From an uncultured Gammaproteobacteria bacterium (lineage in GTDB: Bacteria > Patescibacteriota > Patescibacteriia > Magasanikbacterales > UBA922), in contig CAZFTR010000001.1 in the NCBI GenBank assembly GCA_964522405.1, positions 4,602-68,601 on the forward strand: a DNA stretch of 64,000 bases, in the 5' to 3' direction. Below the pieces are notes generated by a model. It searched no databases. It saw only the letters and a program-made list of their open reading frames with translations, and was not told the DNA's origin. Each line of letters opens with the position of its first letter. The first letter of the stretch is position 1. Position numbers and translations under genes: made by a program. Positions 47,200 through 56,967 of the stretch are shown piece after piece.

Positions 47200-47410
47200 T
47201 AGACGCATTTGTACAAAAGCCAGCCCAGTGGTAGCTTCCTAGACAGGAATAGATGATAGAACTGAGAGTCATCTTCTAGAGAAAGCCACATGGTACCACT
47301 TTTGGAGCGTCAAGACAAAATATAAAAGTTAAACTTTCAGGTGGAACCGTCTTTAATCTAAACTTTAAGGACCCTGATTAGCTAAGTTTTTGGGCTGTCA
47401 GGGTTTTTTT
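47200..47410 (+). promoter_or_regulatory. candidate T-box riboswitch leader of thrS
   Basis: Promoter TTGACA(47165-47170)-17-TAATCT. The ~215-nt leader has a hairpin AGATGA-tagaACUgagag-TCATCT with the Thr codon ACU at 47261-47263, a T-box-like CAUGGUACCACUUUUGGAGCG (47303-47323) with a UGGA bulge candidate, and a terminator CCCTGAttagctaagtttttgggctgTCAGGG plus T7 (47372-47410) just before the thrS start. Confidence 0.5.
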
Positions 47411-47425
47411 ATTTAAAATAATTAT

Positions 47426-49228
47426 ATGTCAGAAAAAGATATTTTAGTTGATTCAATTGCTAAAGAGCAAAATGGGTCAAAGAAAGAAAATTCAATTGTT
47501 AGATCAAGACATTCTTTGTCACATCTTATGACAATGGCGGTTTTGGATATGTATCCTGATACACCACTTGGCATTGGTCCGACAATTGAAAAAGGTTTTT
47601 ATCAGGATTATGATTTTGCAGAACCTGTGGCTGAAAATATTTTGCCAAAATTAGAAAAAAGAATCAAAAAATATCTTAAGCAAAAGATAGATTTTGTACA
47701 AAGCAATGGAAATTTTGAAGATGCGCTTGAGTTTTACAAAGATGATCCCTACAAGACTGAAATAATCAATGAGTTAAAAGAAAAAGGTGAAAAGCAAGTA
47801 AGTTTTTATGATTCTGATTGGTTCCATAATCTTTGTGGTGGTCCTCATGTTGGAAATACTTCTGAAATAAATCCAGATGCTTTTAAACTTGTCAAAATTG
47901 CCGGAGCTTACTGGAGAGGTGATGAAAAAAATAAAATGTTGACTAGGATTTATGGAGTTGCTTTTGAGACCAAAGAAGAACTTGACGCTTATCTTGAAAT
48001 GATGGAAGAAGCCAAGAAAAGAGATCATAGAAAGCTTGGAAAAGAACTGGATCTTTTTACTTTTTCCGAGCTTGTTGGGCCTGGTCTTCCGCTGTGGACC
48101 CCCAAAGGAACAGCACTACGAAATACATTAGATGATTTTGTTTGGCAGCTTCGTCAAGAAAGAGGTTATCAAAAAGTTACAATACCTCATATTACAAAAA
48201 AAGAATTATATGAAAAAAGTGGACATTGGCAGAAATTTGCTGATCAATTATTTCATATCAAAACCAGAGAAGGTCATGAATTTGCCATGAAGCCAATGAA
48301 CTGCCCGCATCATACACAGATTTATAATCATTTATCCAGGAGTTATCGCGACTTGCCGCAGAGATATGCAGAAACTACAACATGTTATCGAGATGAACAA
48401 ACCGGCGAACTTCATGGAATTTCTAGAACTAGAGCCTTTAGCCAAGACGATGCCCATGTTTTTTGTAGAACTTCACAAGTAAAGGAAGAATTTCTCAAGA
48501 TTTGGGATATTATTGATATTTTCTACAAAGCTACTGGTTTTGAGAAACTCGAAGTTCGCTTATCACTTCATGATCCGGATAATTTTGATAAATATTTAGG
48601 AACTCCAGAACTTTGGAAAGATGCAGAAAATCAATTAAGAGAGTTGGCCGAGGAACGGGGAGTGGAGTATAGAGAAGATCTTGGAGAAGCGGCATTTTAT
48701 GGACCAAAAATAGATTTTATTGCCAAAGATTCCATAGGAAGAGAGTGGCAAGTAGCTACAATACAGCTCGATATTAATATGCCAGAGAGATTTGATCTCA
48801 CTTGTATAAATGAAAAAGGAGAATCTGAAAGAATAGTTATGATTCACGCAGCAATTATGGGTTCTATTGAAAGATTTTTTTCAATATTCATAGAGCATCA
48901 TGCCGGCGCATTTCCAATTTGGCTTTCTCCAGCTCAGGTTCATTTTGTCCCGGTTTCAAATGAAAATCATCTCCAGGGTGTGAAGAAGTTCGCAGAAGAA
49001 CTAAAAGACTTGGGAATTAGGGTAAGTGTTGACAGTGCTGATGAAACAGTTGGAAAGAAAATTAGAAAGGCCTCAGGACAGAAAATCCCTTATGTTGTAG
49101 TTGTTGGTGATAAAGAGTTGGGTGGTGGAGATTGGACAGTAAGAGTTCGAGGGCAAGAAGAACAGATAGCAATATCCAAAAAAGAATTTATTGATAAAGT
49201 CTTAAAAGAAATTGAAGAAAAGAAATAA
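47426..49228 (+). CDS. thrS: threonine--tRNA ligase
   Basis: Class II motifs, FAMKPMNCPHH zinc site, and RTRAFSQDDAHVFC. 600 aa. Confidence 0.9.
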   Translation: MSEKDILVDSIAKEQNGSKKENSIVRSRHSLSHLMTMAVLDMYPDTPLGIGPTIEKGFYQDYDFAEPVAENILPKLEKRIKKYLKQKIDFVQSNGNFEDALEFYKDDPYKTEIINELKEKGEKQVSFYDSDWFHNLCGGPHVGNTSEINPDAFKLVKIAGAYWRGDEKNKMLTRIYGVAFETKEELDAYLEMMEEAKKRDHRKLGKELDLFTFSELVGPGLPLWTPKGTALRNTLDDFVWQLRQERGYQKVTIPHITKKELYEKSGHWQKFADQLFHIKTREGHEFAMKPMNCPHHTQIYNHLSRSYRDLPQRYAETTTCYRDEQTGELHGISRTRAFSQDDAHVFCRTSQVKEEFLKIWDIIDIFYKATGFEKLEVRLSLHDPDNFDKYLGTPELWKDAENQLRELAEERGVEYREDLGEAAFYGPKIDFIAKDSIGREWQVATIQLDINMPERFDLTCINEKGESERIVMIHAAIMGSIERFFSIFIEHHAGAFPIWLSPAQVHFVPVSNENHLQGVKKFAEELKDLGIRVSVDSADETVGKKIRKASGQKIPYVVVVGDKELGGGDWTVRVRGQEEQIAISKKEFIDKVLKEIEEKK

Positions 49229-49330
49229 ACATTTTAATTATAATTGAGCCGCTTCCAGAGTATTGGAGGCGGTTTTTTTATTCACAGTCTAATTCTTGAA
49301 ATTATTATCAACATCATGTAGAATATTTGT

Positions 49331-49533
49331 CTGTTCCTTTTTTGGCAGGTAACAGGGGGGCGTGATGATCATCATCTGAGATAGAGTCTGGAGACCTGAT
49401 TCAGGCGCCGCGTTCGCGCGGCAAAAAGATTTTTTTCCAGACAGCGCGTTCCCGGTTTGGGTAGTTTACCACTCCGGGGGCGTCGCAGGAATAAATTAGA
49501 CAAATCAAAAAACCGGCTTAGTGCCGGTTTTTT
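49331..49533 (+). ncRNA. candidate small RNA (~200 nt) with a consensus promoter and an intrinsic terminator
   Basis: The thrS terminator (49244-49278) is followed by TTGAAA(49296-49301)-17nt-TAGAAT(49319-49324). A GC-rich ~200-nt region follows with hairpins (GGCGCCGCGUUCGCGCGGC; GUCUGGAGACC...), ending at aaaaaACCGGCttagtGCCGGTtttttt (49510-49532). No ORF of 60 aa or more. Confidence 0.5.
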
Positions 49534-49540
49534 GATTGAT

Positions 49541-50653
49541 TTATGCACTTGCTTGTTGAGCAGAAGCTTGTTCTGTACTCATTTGTTCTTCGGCTTGCAA
49601 GTCTCTTATGGCCTGCTCTACTTCTATGCTACGAATATCTCCTTTGAGAAGTGCTATGTGTTCTGCCATTTCTTCTTTTGAAAATCCTTTAGATTTTATT
49701 ACTCGGTATTCATTTCCTTTGGCATCTACAAATTTTCCGGTTTTTTTAATTTCGTCTACAGTGGCACTTATGGCATTTTGTCGAGCTTTTTCATTGGCAA
49801 AATCTTGCTCATCTACAAGTTTGGTAGCTTCTTCTATAATTTGATCTTCACTCATTTCAGCAGTACTCATGATTTGTCCTGATTCTTTTATTTCTTGGGC
49901 AATTTTTCTAATAGCCTTCAGTTTTTCTTCTTCATTGGCATAATCTTGCTGGTCAGCAATTAGCGCAGCTGTTTGAATAATTTCTTTTTCATCCATTCCT
50001 GTTTCCAGATTTTCAATAACAGCAGATTTTAGATCATGAGTTTGATCCAATTGATCTGTAGATGCGTCAGCATATTGATCTCCGGTAAGTTTTTCCAGAA
50101 ACCCTTCAAGTTGATTATATTTACCTCTGATTTTCCTTAGGCTTAATATTACTTCTGCAAGCTGCTCAATATCTACATTTGGATCTTTTTCAAGCTCAAT
50201 GCGTTTTTCATCGAGATTTGCAATTAGTTCCAGGTAATCAAAAATTTTTTCATTTGCTTGCTCGATTAGCTGAGTAACTTCTGCAGTTTTTTCTTCTGCT
50301 ATTCTCTCCCCGATGTGAATCACATCTCTACCTCCAGGAGTTTCTAAATCCGAGTCATCAGCAGTAGCCATGGTCTCTTCACTTTGTCTTCGAATTTCAG
50401 CAAGAGATAAATTTTGCCTCCTGCTGAGAGGATCTGTTTCTTCAGAAGTGGCTGGTTTTCCGATGGGTTGATGCAATTCAATTAATTCTCCACCTTGTGT
50501 AGGATTGGGAGTTTGCTGTTCAGTTTGGGGTTCGTCTTCACGGTATTGATTAGGATCAATACCAGCCTCGCTTAAGGCTTGATTGATATCTGCCTGAGGT
50601 AGGTCTACTCTCCCGCTAGGGGAAATATTATATCTTTTTTCAGGTTTAACCAT
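49541..50653 (-). CDS. hypothetical acidic coiled-coil protein with internal repeats
   Basis: 370 aa. Repeated ...DQQDYANEEEKLKAIRKIAQEIKESGQ and DEQDFANEKARQNAISATVDEIKKTGK blocks. Confidence 0.55.
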   Translation of the reverse strand: MVKPEKRYNISPSGRVDLPQADINQALSEAGIDPNQYREDEPQTEQQTPNPTQGGELIELHQPIGKPATSEETDPLSRRQNLSLAEIRRQSEETMATADDSDLETPGGRDVIHIGERIAEEKTAEVTQLIEQANEKIFDYLELIANLDEKRIELEKDPNVDIEQLAEVILSLRKIRGKYNQLEGFLEKLTGDQYADASTDQLDQTHDLKSAVIENLETGMDEKEIIQTAALIADQQDYANEEEKLKAIRKIAQEIKESGQIMSTAEMSEDQIIEEATKLVDEQDFANEKARQNAISATVDEIKKTGKFVDAKGNEYRVIKSKGFSKEEMAEHIALLKGDIRSIEVEQAIRDLQAEEQMSTEQASAQQASA

Positions 50654-50661
50654 AAGTATAT

Positions 50662-52959
50662 TTAATTTGAAGATTCCGGAGTTTGATCAGGATTGTTTGC
50701 TGAGTTAAAAGCACTGTCTACGTCTTCTGGCTTTCCTGTAGAAAGTGGCTTGTCACCCACAGCTCCGAGAAGAGTTTTTCTTCTTAGTGCTTCTTTTCTT
50801 TTTGCAGCTGTGGTAAGCGGTTTGGCAGTTCTAGGATCAAAGCGTTTGCCAACCACGACTCTACCTTCTGGTCTCTTTGGGCTGGCTTTTACGCCAGGCA
50901 CTTCCAAATAACGAGCATCTTGCACAATGGCTGCTCTATCTGCGTCTGTAAGTTCTTTTATCTTTGGTCTTCCTTGAGTGTCTGTAGTCTCTCTTTTTCG
51001 ACTTGCAGGTCTTTTTGCTTTGGCTGGCTTTGATTGTGGTGGTTTTCTTGAGGCTGTATCTTCTTCTTCATAATCTTCATATAAATCAGCGTCAGCAGTG
51101 CCTGTATTAACTCTAGGCACTTTCAAATAGGGAGCATCTTGTACAATGGCTGCTCTATCTGCGTCTGTAAGTTCTTGTACTTCTCCAATTTCCGGAGGTA
51201 GTTCAGGTGGTCCTTCTTTTGGTTCAAATGTTTTTCTTTTTCTTGCTCCAAGTCCTGTAGGTCTTTTTGTTTTGGTAGGAGTTTTTGCCACTCTTACTCT
51301 TTTTGGGGCTTTTGCTGGTTCTGGTTTTTCTTCTGGCTCAGCTGTTTCAAGTGGCTCGCCAGTGTCAACTCGACGCTCAGTTTTTCCTGGACTCTCTTTG
51401 CCTCCAGGTACTTCGAGGTAAGGAGCATCTTGAACTAGCCTGGCACGATCTTCGTCTGTAAGCTCCTGTGGTTCAGGTTCAAAAGATACTTCTCCTGTCT
51501 TAGGTTGCGATTGATCTTTTTGTGTGGTAGGTTCTGCTTCAGCTTTTGTTGGAGCTTCAGTATCTGCAGGTGTCATAGGGCTAGTTACTTGAGCTTCTAA
51601 TGGTTCTTTTGGTTCTGGTGGAGGACCATCCGTAGATTCTTCCGTTGGGATTGGAAGCTCTTCTGGTTTTTCATCCGGTTTAATTATTTTAAGAATACGT
51701 TCTGTCTCTGCTTCTGCTTCTGCTCCATAGTCTGGAGCTAATGCTACTTTTCCTTCTGTTGGTGGTTGCATTGCAGCTCTTGCTTTGGCATCTGCTAATC
51801 CATCTACTGCTGAATCTGTTTTTAAAATTGCACCCATTCCCAGGCCTGCTGCAATTGCTGCTGCCCAGCGCATAAATTTTCCTTGTTCTTTAATTCCGCC
51901 TCCACCTCCGCCACCTTTTTTTCTTTGTGGCATAGGGATTACATCTGCGGCTTGGTCTGTTTGGGGTGTTTCTGGTTCTGGCTCAGTTGTGGTTTGTTCA
52001 GATTCTCTGGTAGCAAAAGCTTCAGTAAGTTGACTTACGAGGTTTGCGAAATCTTGATTGTTTGCAAGAAGTTTGTTATAAAGTCTTCCAGATCCAAATC
52101 TAGGTTCTCCATTTGGCTTCAGTTTTACGGTTTTTTGTTTTCCGTTTAATTCAAAAGCAACTGAATTTATTTGATCTATGATTTGTTCCGGGGTTAGTGG
52201 GGGAGTTTCGATTTCCTCTATGCTCTGTTCAAGTGCTTCAGCTCTGGCGTGAAGTGCCGCTGCATCTGCCTTTATTTCTTCTGGAGTGACATCTGCTGAT
52301 CCAGCTTCTAATGCTTGTATTTTTGCTTCTAGGGCAGCAGTTTGAGCTTCAATTGAATCATCAACTTGCGGGGTTTCTACACCCTCCACCACAGTTGCAA
52401 TTTTTGAAGTAGGCATTGTTCTTTCTTCTGGTACAATCTCTGCGAATGGAATTTCTTCTTCCTCATCCGGTACAATCTCTGCCAATGGGATTTCCTCCTC
52501 AATTTCTTCAGCCTTCGGGGCTTCTAGAACTTCAGCTCCGGTGATTCCTCCTTTGGCAACAGCTTTATCAGCTTCTTCTTGTGAAAGAATATCTGCATCT
52601 GTTATTTCTGTGACAGATTCTTTAAGTCTTTCCAGTTTTTCTACAGGCTGTATAGGTTTTCTCTCTGAGGGGCCTTCAAGCGCAGTTAGAAGTGTGTCAA
52701 TTCTAGTTTGCGCAGCCATAACTTTTTCTGCTATATCGGGATCCATCATTTCCATAGGTTCTGTTGGTACAAGCGCCTCATCTTCTGGATCTAAGCTCTT
52801 TTCTAACTTGATAGCGCCATCTTTAAAAAGCTCAACTCCTGTTTCTTTTTTTGTTTGTTCAATAATGCCTTTTATCGCTTGTTTTACCTCTGTGCTGGTT
52901 ATTTCACCTAATTTTATTTTTTGATTGACTTCTTCACCACTAGTTTCTCCTGATTGCAT
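50662..52959 (-). CDS. hypothetical acidic Pro/Glu/Thr-rich protein with four copies of an ELTDADRAAIVQDAPYLEVPG repeat and one TM segment
   Basis: 765 aa. Repeats LTDEDRARLVQDAPYLEVPGG, ELTDADRAAIVQDAPYLKVP and ELTDADRAAIVQDARYLEVPG. TM segment MRWAAAIAAGLGMGAIL. A Gly8 tract is encoded by a G/C homopolymer-rich run. Confidence 0.55.
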   Translation of the reverse strand: MQSGETSGEEVNQKIKLGEITSTEVKQAIKGIIEQTKKETGVELFKDGAIKLEKSLDPEDEALVPTEPMEMMDPDIAEKVMAAQTRIDTLLTALEGPSERKPIQPVEKLERLKESVTEITDADILSQEEADKAVAKGGITGAEVLEAPKAEEIEEEIPLAEIVPDEEEEIPFAEIVPEERTMPTSKIATVVEGVETPQVDDSIEAQTAALEAKIQALEAGSADVTPEEIKADAAALHARAEALEQSIEEIETPPLTPEQIIDQINSVAFELNGKQKTVKLKPNGEPRFGSGRLYNKLLANNQDFANLVSQLTEAFATRESEQTTTEPEPETPQTDQAADVIPMPQRKKGGGGGGGIKEQGKFMRWAAAIAAGLGMGAILKTDSAVDGLADAKARAAMQPPTEGKVALAPDYGAEAEAETERILKIIKPDEKPEELPIPTEESTDGPPPEPKEPLEAQVTSPMTPADTEAPTKAEAEPTTQKDQSQPKTGEVSFEPEPQELTDEDRARLVQDAPYLEVPGGKESPGKTERRVDTGEPLETAEPEEKPEPAKAPKRVRVAKTPTKTKRPTGLGARKRKTFEPKEGPPELPPEIGEVQELTDADRAAIVQDAPYLKVPRVNTGTADADLYEDYEEEDTASRKPPQSKPAKAKRPASRKRETTDTQGRPKIKELTDADRAAIVQDARYLEVPGVKASPKRPEGRVVVGKRFDPRTAKPLTTAAKRKEALRRKTLLGAVGDKPLSTGKPEDVDSAFNSANNPDQTPESSN

Positions 52960-52962
52960 TTT

Positions 52963-53667
52963 TCAAATTTCAGCATTTAACAGATGATCTTTTCTCATTT
53001 GGGCCTGAGCTTCTCTTTGTCGATCTAATTCTTCTCTTTTAGTAGTTTCCTCAGCAGTATCTTCTGCAGCTCTACTATCTTTTCGTTCTTGAAGGGTTGC
53101 TCTAACCCTATCCAGCTCCTCTGCTGATTCTTCTTCAGTCATTTTCACGAAATCTGCAATTCTAGCTTCAGTATCTCTTGAGCCTTGCTCTAACTCTGCT
53201 CGAAATTTGGCCTCTCTTAGTCTTTCATCACTAATTCCTTTTTCCCCTTCAAGAAGCTTTTCTAGATCTTGTTCTCTCCTATCTGCTTCTGAAGCTGTTT
53301 TTGGTTGTCTTTTTCTCATTTCTTCAAAGGCCTTTTCATCAGCCACTTTGTCTTCTTCTGGGCTTGTCATGTCAAAGTCTGCAACAAATTTTTGATGTGC
53401 AGCTTCATCTTTTTCCTTTTGTTTTTTTTCTGCAGCTGTCAGAGATTTTCCCGGGTCCTCGCTTGTGGTAGGCTCTTTGGCATCTGGTACCAATTTAAGG
53501 CCGACTTTTCGAGCTTCTTCTGGCGTGACGCTTTCCGCCATTACTTGCGGCAATTGATCAAAAAAAGGAGTTCTCGATTGTTCCATTTTTTTAGCAGAAT
53601 TTCGTTCTGGCATATAATTGAAGTTAATATTACTTAGTATTTTAGCATAAAAAACCCATTTTGTCAA
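52963..53667 (-). CDS. hypothetical highly charged protein
   Basis: 234 aa, K/E/D/R-rich. Third member of a same-strand trio of low-complexity acidic proteins. Confidence 0.5.
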   Translation of the reverse strand: MTKWVFYAKILSNINFNYMPERNSAKKMEQSRTPFFDQLPQVMAESVTPEEARKVGLKLVPDAKEPTTSEDPGKSLTAAEKKQKEKDEAAHQKFVADFDMTSPEEDKVADEKAFEEMRKRQPKTASEADRREQDLEKLLEGEKGISDERLREAKFRAELEQGSRDTEARIADFVKMTEEESAEELDRVRATLQERKDSRAAEDTAEETTKREELDRQREAQAQMRKDHLLNAEI

Positions 53668-53808
53668 GTTTTTTGGCTAATTTTAGCAAAATTTATGCAG
53701 TTTTAGTCTTTTTTTGGCCTTGATTTTTAATTTATTTTCGTTTATAATAAGCTCCCAATAGCCTGAAAACTGTAATTTATCTATTCATTATCACCCAAAA
53801 GCAGTTTT

Positions 53809-55185
53809 TTGTCTAAGAAATTTGTATTTATGAGCATCAACTCAGAGAAAAAGCAGTATTTTTACCATATTTTGACATTTGGTTGTCAGATGAATAAAAG
53901 TGATTCTGAGAGAATGGAGTCATTATTACAAAATATGGGCATGAAAAGCACTGAAAATCAGGAAGATGCTGATTTTATTGTTATGAATAGTTGTTCTGTG
54001 CGCCAAAAGGCAGAAGATAGGATTGTTGGCTTTAGTCAGAAATTTATTAAATTAAAGAAAAAAAATCCAAAATTGATTGTTGCGGTTACTGGTTGTATGC
54101 CCGGGAGAGACAAGGGAAGTAAAATGAAATCACGGCTTAAGGGCGTTGATCTGTATTTCCCTACCAAAGACATGATTTTTCTTCCAAAATGGCTCTCTGA
54201 GCTTAATCCTGATTTGCGTGAACTGGATAATATTGAAAAAGATTATTTGAATCTCAGACCAACTTATCAGAGCGGTTTCCAAGCTTTTGTAACTCTTCAA
54301 ACCGGTTGTAATCATTTTTGTACTTATTGTGTGGTTCCTTTTGCTCGTGGGCTTGAGCAAAATCGATCTCTGAAAGATATTCTTGAAGAGGTAAAAGATC
54401 TTGCTAAAAACGGATATCTTGAAATTACATTACTTGGTCAAATTGTAAATCATTATATTGCTGAAGATCCTGAGTATTTTTCTACTCAAAATCCATACAA
54501 AGAAAATGATTTTGCTAAATTGCTTTGGGAAATAAATCAGATTAAAGGAATTGAAAGAATTCATTGGACAGCCCCTCATCCGATTTTCATGGATGATGAA
54601 GTAATTGATGCTTTGGCTCTACCAAAACAAGTTAATTTTATACATCTTCCGGTTCAATCAGGTAATGATGAGATGCTCAAGAAGATGAACCGCAGGCATG
54701 ATCGAGAATTTTATATTGATATTATCAAAAAAATTAGAGCCAAAAAGCCGGATATTGCCATTGGAACTGATATTATCGTAGGTTTTTGCGGGGAGACAGA
54801 CAGAATGTTTAATGATACAGTAGAGTTGTACAAGGAATGTGATTTTGATATTTCTTATAACGCTCAATATTCAACCAGAAGTGGGACTGTTGCTGATAAA
54901 GTTTTTGATGATGATGTGACTCACGCAGAAAAAAAACGCCGATGGTGGGTTTTACAAGAGCTAATGGAAGAAATTGTTTTAAAAAAGAATCAAGCATATA
55001 AAGGAAAAGAAGTTAAAGTCCTAGTAGAGGAATGTAGAGATGGATGGTGTAGAGGAAATTCAAATGAAATGAAAAGAGTACATTTTCAGGGTGACCAGTC
55101 AATGGTAGGAAAAATTATTGTGGTAAAAATAGAAAGATGCGACGAGTGGGTTCTCTGGGGAAAATATCAAAAAACATATGTTTAA
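53809..55185 (+). CDS. miaB: tRNA-2-methylthio-N6-dimethylallyladenosine synthase (radical SAM methylthiotransferase)
   Basis: N-terminal MTTase domain TFGCQMNKSDSE, radical-SAM motif GCNHFCTYC, and a TRAM domain. Confidence 0.85.
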   Translation: MSKKFVFMSINSEKKQYFYHILTFGCQMNKSDSERMESLLQNMGMKSTENQEDADFIVMNSCSVRQKAEDRIVGFSQKFIKLKKKNPKLIVAVTGCMPGRDKGSKMKSRLKGVDLYFPTKDMIFLPKWLSELNPDLRELDNIEKDYLNLRPTYQSGFQAFVTLQTGCNHFCTYCVVPFARGLEQNRSLKDILEEVKDLAKNGYLEITLLGQIVNHYIAEDPEYFSTQNPYKENDFAKLLWEINQIKGIERIHWTAPHPIFMDDEVIDALALPKQVNFIHLPVQSGNDEMLKKMNRRHDREFYIDIIKKIRAKKPDIAIGTDIIVGFCGETDRMFNDTVELYKECDFDISYNAQYSTRSGTVADKVFDDDVTHAEKKRRWWVLQELMEEIVLKKNQAYKGKEVKVLVEECRDGWCRGNSNEMKRVHFQGDQSMVGKIIVVKIERCDEWVLWGKYQKTYV

Positions 55186-56122
55186 AAGTGAAGAGACAAA
55201 ACTTCCTAAATTAATTGTTTTGCTTGGACCAACGGCTAGTGGTAAGACTGGTTGGAGTTTGCGTCTTGCCAAAAAAATAAATGGAGAAATTATTTCTGCA
55301 GATTCAAGACAAATCTATAAGAAAATGGATATTGGTACTGCCAAAGCAGGTGGTGAATGGAAGAGAAATGGTTTGCGCAGGACTTATTTTGTAGAGGATA
55401 TTCCTCATCATTTAATAGATTTCCTAAATCCCGGGAAAACTTTTTCTGTGGCAGAATTTCGAGACAAGGCAATTAAATATGCAAAATTATCATATAAAAA
55501 TAAGCGTGTTCCCATGCTGGTTGGTGGTACTGGATTATACATAAGTTCTGTTGTAGATAATTTTAATATTCCCAGAGTTACGGCAAATAAAAAACTTAGA
55601 AAAAGTTTAGAAGAAAAAACAAATCAAGAATTAATGGAATTGCTTCAGCGTCTTGATCATGAACATGCCAACAATATTGATCCAAAAAATACTCGTAGGC
55701 TTATCCGCGCTCTTGAAGTTTGTATACTGACAGGCGAACCATTTTCTGCACAAAAACAAAAAGGCGAACCTCTATTTGATATTTTACAGATTGCTCCGGA
55801 TATTCCAAGAGAAATTTTACATGAAAGAATTAATACTCGTGTTGATGAGATGGTTGAAGAAGGTTTGATTGATGAATTAAAAAATCTTCTTAAGCAAAAA
55901 TATGGTTGGAATCTGCCTAGCATGCAGGGGATTGGTTATAGACAATTTAAATCGTATCTTGATGGTCGCGAGTCTCTTGAAGATGCCATTGAAATTTTAA
56001 AAAGAGATACCAGAAGATTTGCCAGAAGACAAATGACTTGGTTTAGAAGAGATAAGAGAATAAAATGGTGTAAAACTTATGAAGATGCTGAAAAACAGGT
56101 TTTAGATTTTCTTGATTCTTGA
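55178..56122 (+). CDS. miaA: tRNA dimethylallyltransferase
   Basis: P-loop GPTASGKT and SADSRQIYK motifs. Overlaps miaB by 8 nt, so the two form an operon. Confidence 0.85.
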   Translation: MFKSEETKLPKLIVLLGPTASGKTGWSLRLAKKINGEIISADSRQIYKKMDIGTAKAGGEWKRNGLRRTYFVEDIPHHLIDFLNPGKTFSVAEFRDKAIKYAKLSYKNKRVPMLVGGTGLYISSVVDNFNIPRVTANKKLRKSLEEKTNQELMELLQRLDHEHANNIDPKNTRRLIRALEVCILTGEPFSAQKQKGEPLFDILQIAPDIPREILHERINTRVDEMVEEGLIDELKNLLKQKYGWNLPSMQGIGYRQFKSYLDGRESLEDAIEILKRDTRRFARRQMTWFRRDKRIKWCKTYEDAEKQVLDFLDS

Positions 56123-56169
56123 AGAAAGAGGATTATTAGAATATAATAAGATTATATTGATTAAATTTT

Positions 56170-56841
56170 ATGCCTCAAAATCTCCCTCCAATATTACCAG
56201 GATCCAGTTCTTCATCAAAACCAGCATCAGGTATAAGTAGAGCCCAGGATCTGTCAGTTACCAAGCTTCAACAGAAAAAAGATCGAGAATCTGCTGTAGT
56301 TTCTACTAGTCAAGCTATACGTCGTACTCAGACAGGTCGGCCAATAACATCTGTGAGTCGTATAGGTCGGGAAGAAGCTAAGACTTCTATATCACGACCT
56401 GATAGAGAAGTGAGATCTATTTATGATTCAGCTGAGCAGCAAATAGGTGATGATTACAGAAGGCACGGCCATATCAGGAGGTTGATCAAGGAGAGACAGC
56501 AAGCAGCAGTTGAAGAGAAAAAGCGCGTTGAGGAAGAGTCAAAAGGATTTTTTATTGGTACTGGAAAGAGATATAGAAAAACTGGTCCAAGCACTCTTAA
56601 GAAAAAATTAAGAAGAATGGTAAGAAAAGATCCAGCACAATATCGAAATATTTCTTTGAAAGACAGAGAGAAATTTGAAGATATTGTGGATACTAGCTTA
56701 AAACATAAACGCACAGGTACTAGAATAAACAGAAAAGACCGAATCAAGATGAGAAGAAAAGCATTTAAATCATGGAAAGGTGGGGAGATTAGCAAGCAAG
56801 ATTACAAAGATTTCAAAAAACTTATCTATCGTTTGGAGTAG
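56170..56841 (+). CDS. hypothetical basic protein
   Basis: 223 aa, R/K-rich. No recognised family. Confidence 0.45.
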   Translation: MPQNLPPILPGSSSSSKPASGISRAQDLSVTKLQQKKDRESAVVSTSQAIRRTQTGRPITSVSRIGREEAKTSISRPDREVRSIYDSAEQQIGDDYRRHGHIRRLIKERQQAAVEEKKRVEEESKGFFIGTGKRYRKTGPSTLKKKLRRMVRKDPAQYRNISLKDREKFEDIVDTSLKHKRTGTRINRKDRIKMRRKAFKSWKGGEISKQDYKDFKKLIYRLE

Positions 56842-56857
56842 TAAATCAACAGGTGTA

Positions 56858-56943
56858 CTGCGGATTTACGGATAATTGAAACGGATCATTGGCGCGTTGA
56901 TGAAACTGGCTTGGGGTATTCGGATAGATTATTTTATCCGAAT
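56858..56943 (+). repeat. copy b of the second dispersed intergenic repeat family
   Basis: ctgcGGATTTACGGATaATTgAaACGGATCattgg...ctGGCTTGGGGTATTCGGATagattattttATCCGAAT. The tail forms an 8-bp hairpin ATTCGGAT/ATCCGAAT. Confidence 0.6.
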
Positions 56944-56967
56944 GCTATCTGTAAAACCGGATACATA

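Noticed and set aside
49337-49420. TPP riboswitch in the 49331-49533 transcript (CUGAGA ... ACCUGAU)
   Set aside because: It lacks the rest of the THI-box consensus (the pyrimidine-sensing stem and GGGG-UGCC arrangement). There is no downstream gene on that strand to regulate.
49457-49681. 74-aa plus-strand ORF spanning the bidirectional terminator
   Set aside because: It reads through a strong hairpin terminator into the antisense of the convergent gene. It is incompatible with the transcript boundaries.
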